From NCBI GenBank assembly GCA_043228905.1, contig JBHGNT010000457.1:1-24419 (forward strand): DNA of 24,419 nucleotides, in the 5' to 3' direction. Shown here in pieces: positions 21,901 to 24,419 of this stretch. The first letter of the stretch is position 1, and every line of letters begins with the position of its first letter. This stretch comes from Azolla caroliniana. Lineage: Eukaryota > Plantae > Polypodiophyta. Both the position numbers and the translations under genes were made by a program. The notes beneath the pieces are model-generated. The model worked only from the letters and a program-made list of their open reading frames with translations, ran no database searches and was not told where the DNA came from.

Positions 21901-24419
21901 AGAGATTTTGAAACTCAGTTCGAGAGACATGAAAAAATTAACATATTTGAGGAGGGAGTTGAGAAGAGCCAGTGAGTAAATTAAAATGGTCATACCTGGC
22001 TCGTGTGATATCGGATTTCTGTGTTCAAACATGCGAATCGAAGTTAACAACGCTAGCTATGATATTGAATTGAAAATTCATAATTTTAAAATTGAGGGCG
22101 AGAGACATGACGAAATTAGCAAATTTGAGGAGGTAGTGGAGAAGAGTGCGTCAGTAAATTAAAATGGTCATACGTGGCTCGTGTGATATCGGATTTCGGT
22201 GTTCAAACATGTGAATCGAAGCTAACAAGGCTAGCTATGACATAGAATTAAAAAATCGAGATTTTGAAACTCAGTTCGAGAGACATGAAAAAATTAACAT
22301 ATTTGAGGAGGGAGTTGAGAAGAGCCAGTGAGTAAATTAAAATGGTCATACCTGGCTTGTGTGATATCGGATTTCTGTGTTCAAACATGCGAATCGAAGT
22401 TAACAACGCTAGCTATGATATTGAATTGAAAATTGAAAATTTTAAAACTGAGCCCGAGAGACATGACGAAATTAGCAAATTTGAGGAGGTAGTGGAGAAG
22501 AGTGCGTAAGTAAATTAAAATGGTCATACGTGGCTCGTGTGATATCGGATTTCTGTGTTCAAACATGCGAATCGAAGCTAACAAGGCTAGCTATGACATA
22601 GAATTAAAAAATCGAGATTTTGAAACTCAGGTCCAGAGACATGAGGAAATTCGCATATTTCAGGAGGGAGTGGAGAAGAGCCAGTGAGTAAATTAAAATA
22701 GTCATACCTGGCTCGTGTGATATCGGATTTTTGTGTTCAAACATGCGAATTGAAGCTAAAAAAGCTAGCTATGATATAGAATTAAAAAATCGAGATTTTG
22801 AAACTCAGGTCGAGAGACATGACGAAATTAGCATATTTGAGGAGGGCGTTGAGAAGAGCGTGTGAGTAAATTAAAATGGTCATACCTGGCTCGTGTGATA
22901 TCGGATTTCTGTGTTCAAACATGCGAATCGAAGCTAACAAGGCTAGCTATGATATAGAATTAAAAAATCGAGATTTTGAAACTCAGTTCGAGAGACATGA
23001 AAAAATTAACATATTTGAGGAGGGAGTTGAGAAGAGCCAGTGAGTAAATTAAAATGGTCATACCTGGCTCGTGTGATATCGGATTTCTGTGTTCAAACAT
23101 GCGAATCGAAGTTAACAAGGCTAGCTATGACATAGAATTAAAAAATCGAGATTTTGAAACTCAGTTCGAGAGACATGAGGAAATTAGCATATTTGAGGAG
23201 GGAGTAGAGAAGAGCCAGTGAGTAAATTAAAATGGTCATACCTGGCTCGTGTGATATCGGATTTTTGTGTTCAAACATGCGAATCGAAGCTAACTACGCT
23301 AGCTTTGCTATAGAATTAAAAAATCAAGATTTTGAAACTCACGTTGAGAGACATGAGGAAATTAGCATGTTGGAGGTAGTGGAGAAGAGTGTGTCAGTAA
23401 ACTTAAATGTTCATACCTGGCACGTGTGATATCGGATTTCTGTGTTCAAACATGCGAATCGAAGCTAACAACGCTAGCTATGATATAGAATTAAAAAATC
23501 AAGATTTTGAAACTCAAGTCGAGAGACATGACGAAATTAACATATTTGAGGAGGGAGTGGAGAAGAGTGCGTCAGGAAATTAAAATGTTCATACCTGGCT
23601 CGTGTGATATCAGATTTTTGTGTTCAAACATGCGAATCAAAGTTAACCATGCTAGCTATGATATTGAATTGACAAATTATAATTTTAAAACTGAGGCCGA
23701 GAGACATGAGGAAAGTAACAAATTTGAGGAGGTATTGGAGAAGAGTACGTCAGTAAATTAAAATGTTCATACCTGGCACGTGTGATATCGGATATTTGTG
23801 TTCAAACATGCGAATCGAAGATAACAACGCTAGGTATGATATAGAATTAAAACATCGAGATTTTGAAACTCAGGTCGAGAGACATGACGAAATTAACATA
23901 TTTAAGGAAGGAGTTGAGAAGAGCCAGTGAGTAAATTAAAATGGTCATACCTGGCTCGTGTGATATCGGATTTCTGTGTTCAAACATGCGAATCGAAGCT
24001 AACAAGGCTAGCTATGACATAGAATTAAAAAATCGAGATTTTGAAACTCAGTTCGAGAGACATGAGGAAATTAGCATATTTGAGGAGGGAGTAGAGAAGA
24101 GCCAGTGAGTAAATTAAAATGGTCATACCTGGCTCGTGTGATATCGGATTTTTGTGTTCAAACATGCGAATCGAAGCTAACTACGCTAGCTTTGCTATAG
24201 AATTAAAAAATCAAGATTTTGAAACTCACGTTGAGAGACATGAGGAAATTAGCATGTTGGAGGTAGTGGAGAAGAGTGTGTCAGTAAACTTAAATGTTCA
24301 TACCTGGCACGTGTGATATCGGATTTCTGTGTTCAAACATGCGAATCGAAGCTAACAACGCTAGCTATGATATAGAATTAAAAAATCAAGATTTTGAAAC
24401 TCAGGTCGAGAGACATGAC

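Larger units (their letters stand above)
3076..24419 (+). repeat. 178-bp tandem satellite array, right part (about 120 monomers, runs off the window edge); centromere-like
   Basis: Continuous head-to-tail monomers. Approximate consensus: AAATTAAAATGGTCATACCTGGCTCGTGTGATATCGGATTTCTGTGTTCAAACATGCGAATCGAAGCTAACAAGGCTAGCTATGATATAGAATTAAAAAATCGAGATTTTGAAACTCAGGTCGAGAGACATGAGGAAATTAGCATATTTGAGGAGGGAGTTGAGAAGAGCCAGTGAGT. A centromeric role is inferred only from monomer length and organisation. Confidence 0.98.

Noticed and set aside
596-24316. The 19 short ORFs (60-84 aa) on both strands
   Set aside because: All are translations of about one satellite monomer, opened or closed by point variants. 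The 178-bp period is not a multiple of 3 and no protein motif is recognisable.
1-24419. CRISPR array
   Set aside because: The repeats are contiguous 178-bp units with no unique spacers and no cas genes.
3076-24419. Identity with Arabidopsis CEN178 or primate alpha satellite, or a CENP-B box
   Set aside because: Only the length is similar. I do not recognise the sequence as either family and found no convincing CENP-B box. A database search is needed to name the family.

Overview
This is eukaryotic-type repetitive DNA. About 22.3 kb of the window is a head-to-tail tandem array of a 178-bp satellite, roughly 125 monomers on one strand, with two main monomer subtypes and local higher-order repeats (HORs). 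The length and organisation resemble centromeric satellite, but the organism cannot be identified from the sequence. One non-satellite insertion (about 984-3075, + strand) interrupts the array. It is a 5'-truncated Penelope-like retroelement (PLE) with an uninterrupted reverse transcriptase frame that stops without a C-terminal GIY-YIG endonuclease. Its 3' region holds a (TC)34 tract, a TATA box and a minimal type I hammerhead ribozyme (2789-2840) with a palindromic stem III. The element sits at a TT/AAAAAA site of the monomer with a 12-16 bp target deletion and no target-site duplication. The array also records microhomology deletions, variable-length HORs and a 797-bp tandem duplication with an inverted templated filler. 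All small ORFs in the track are satellite artefacts.
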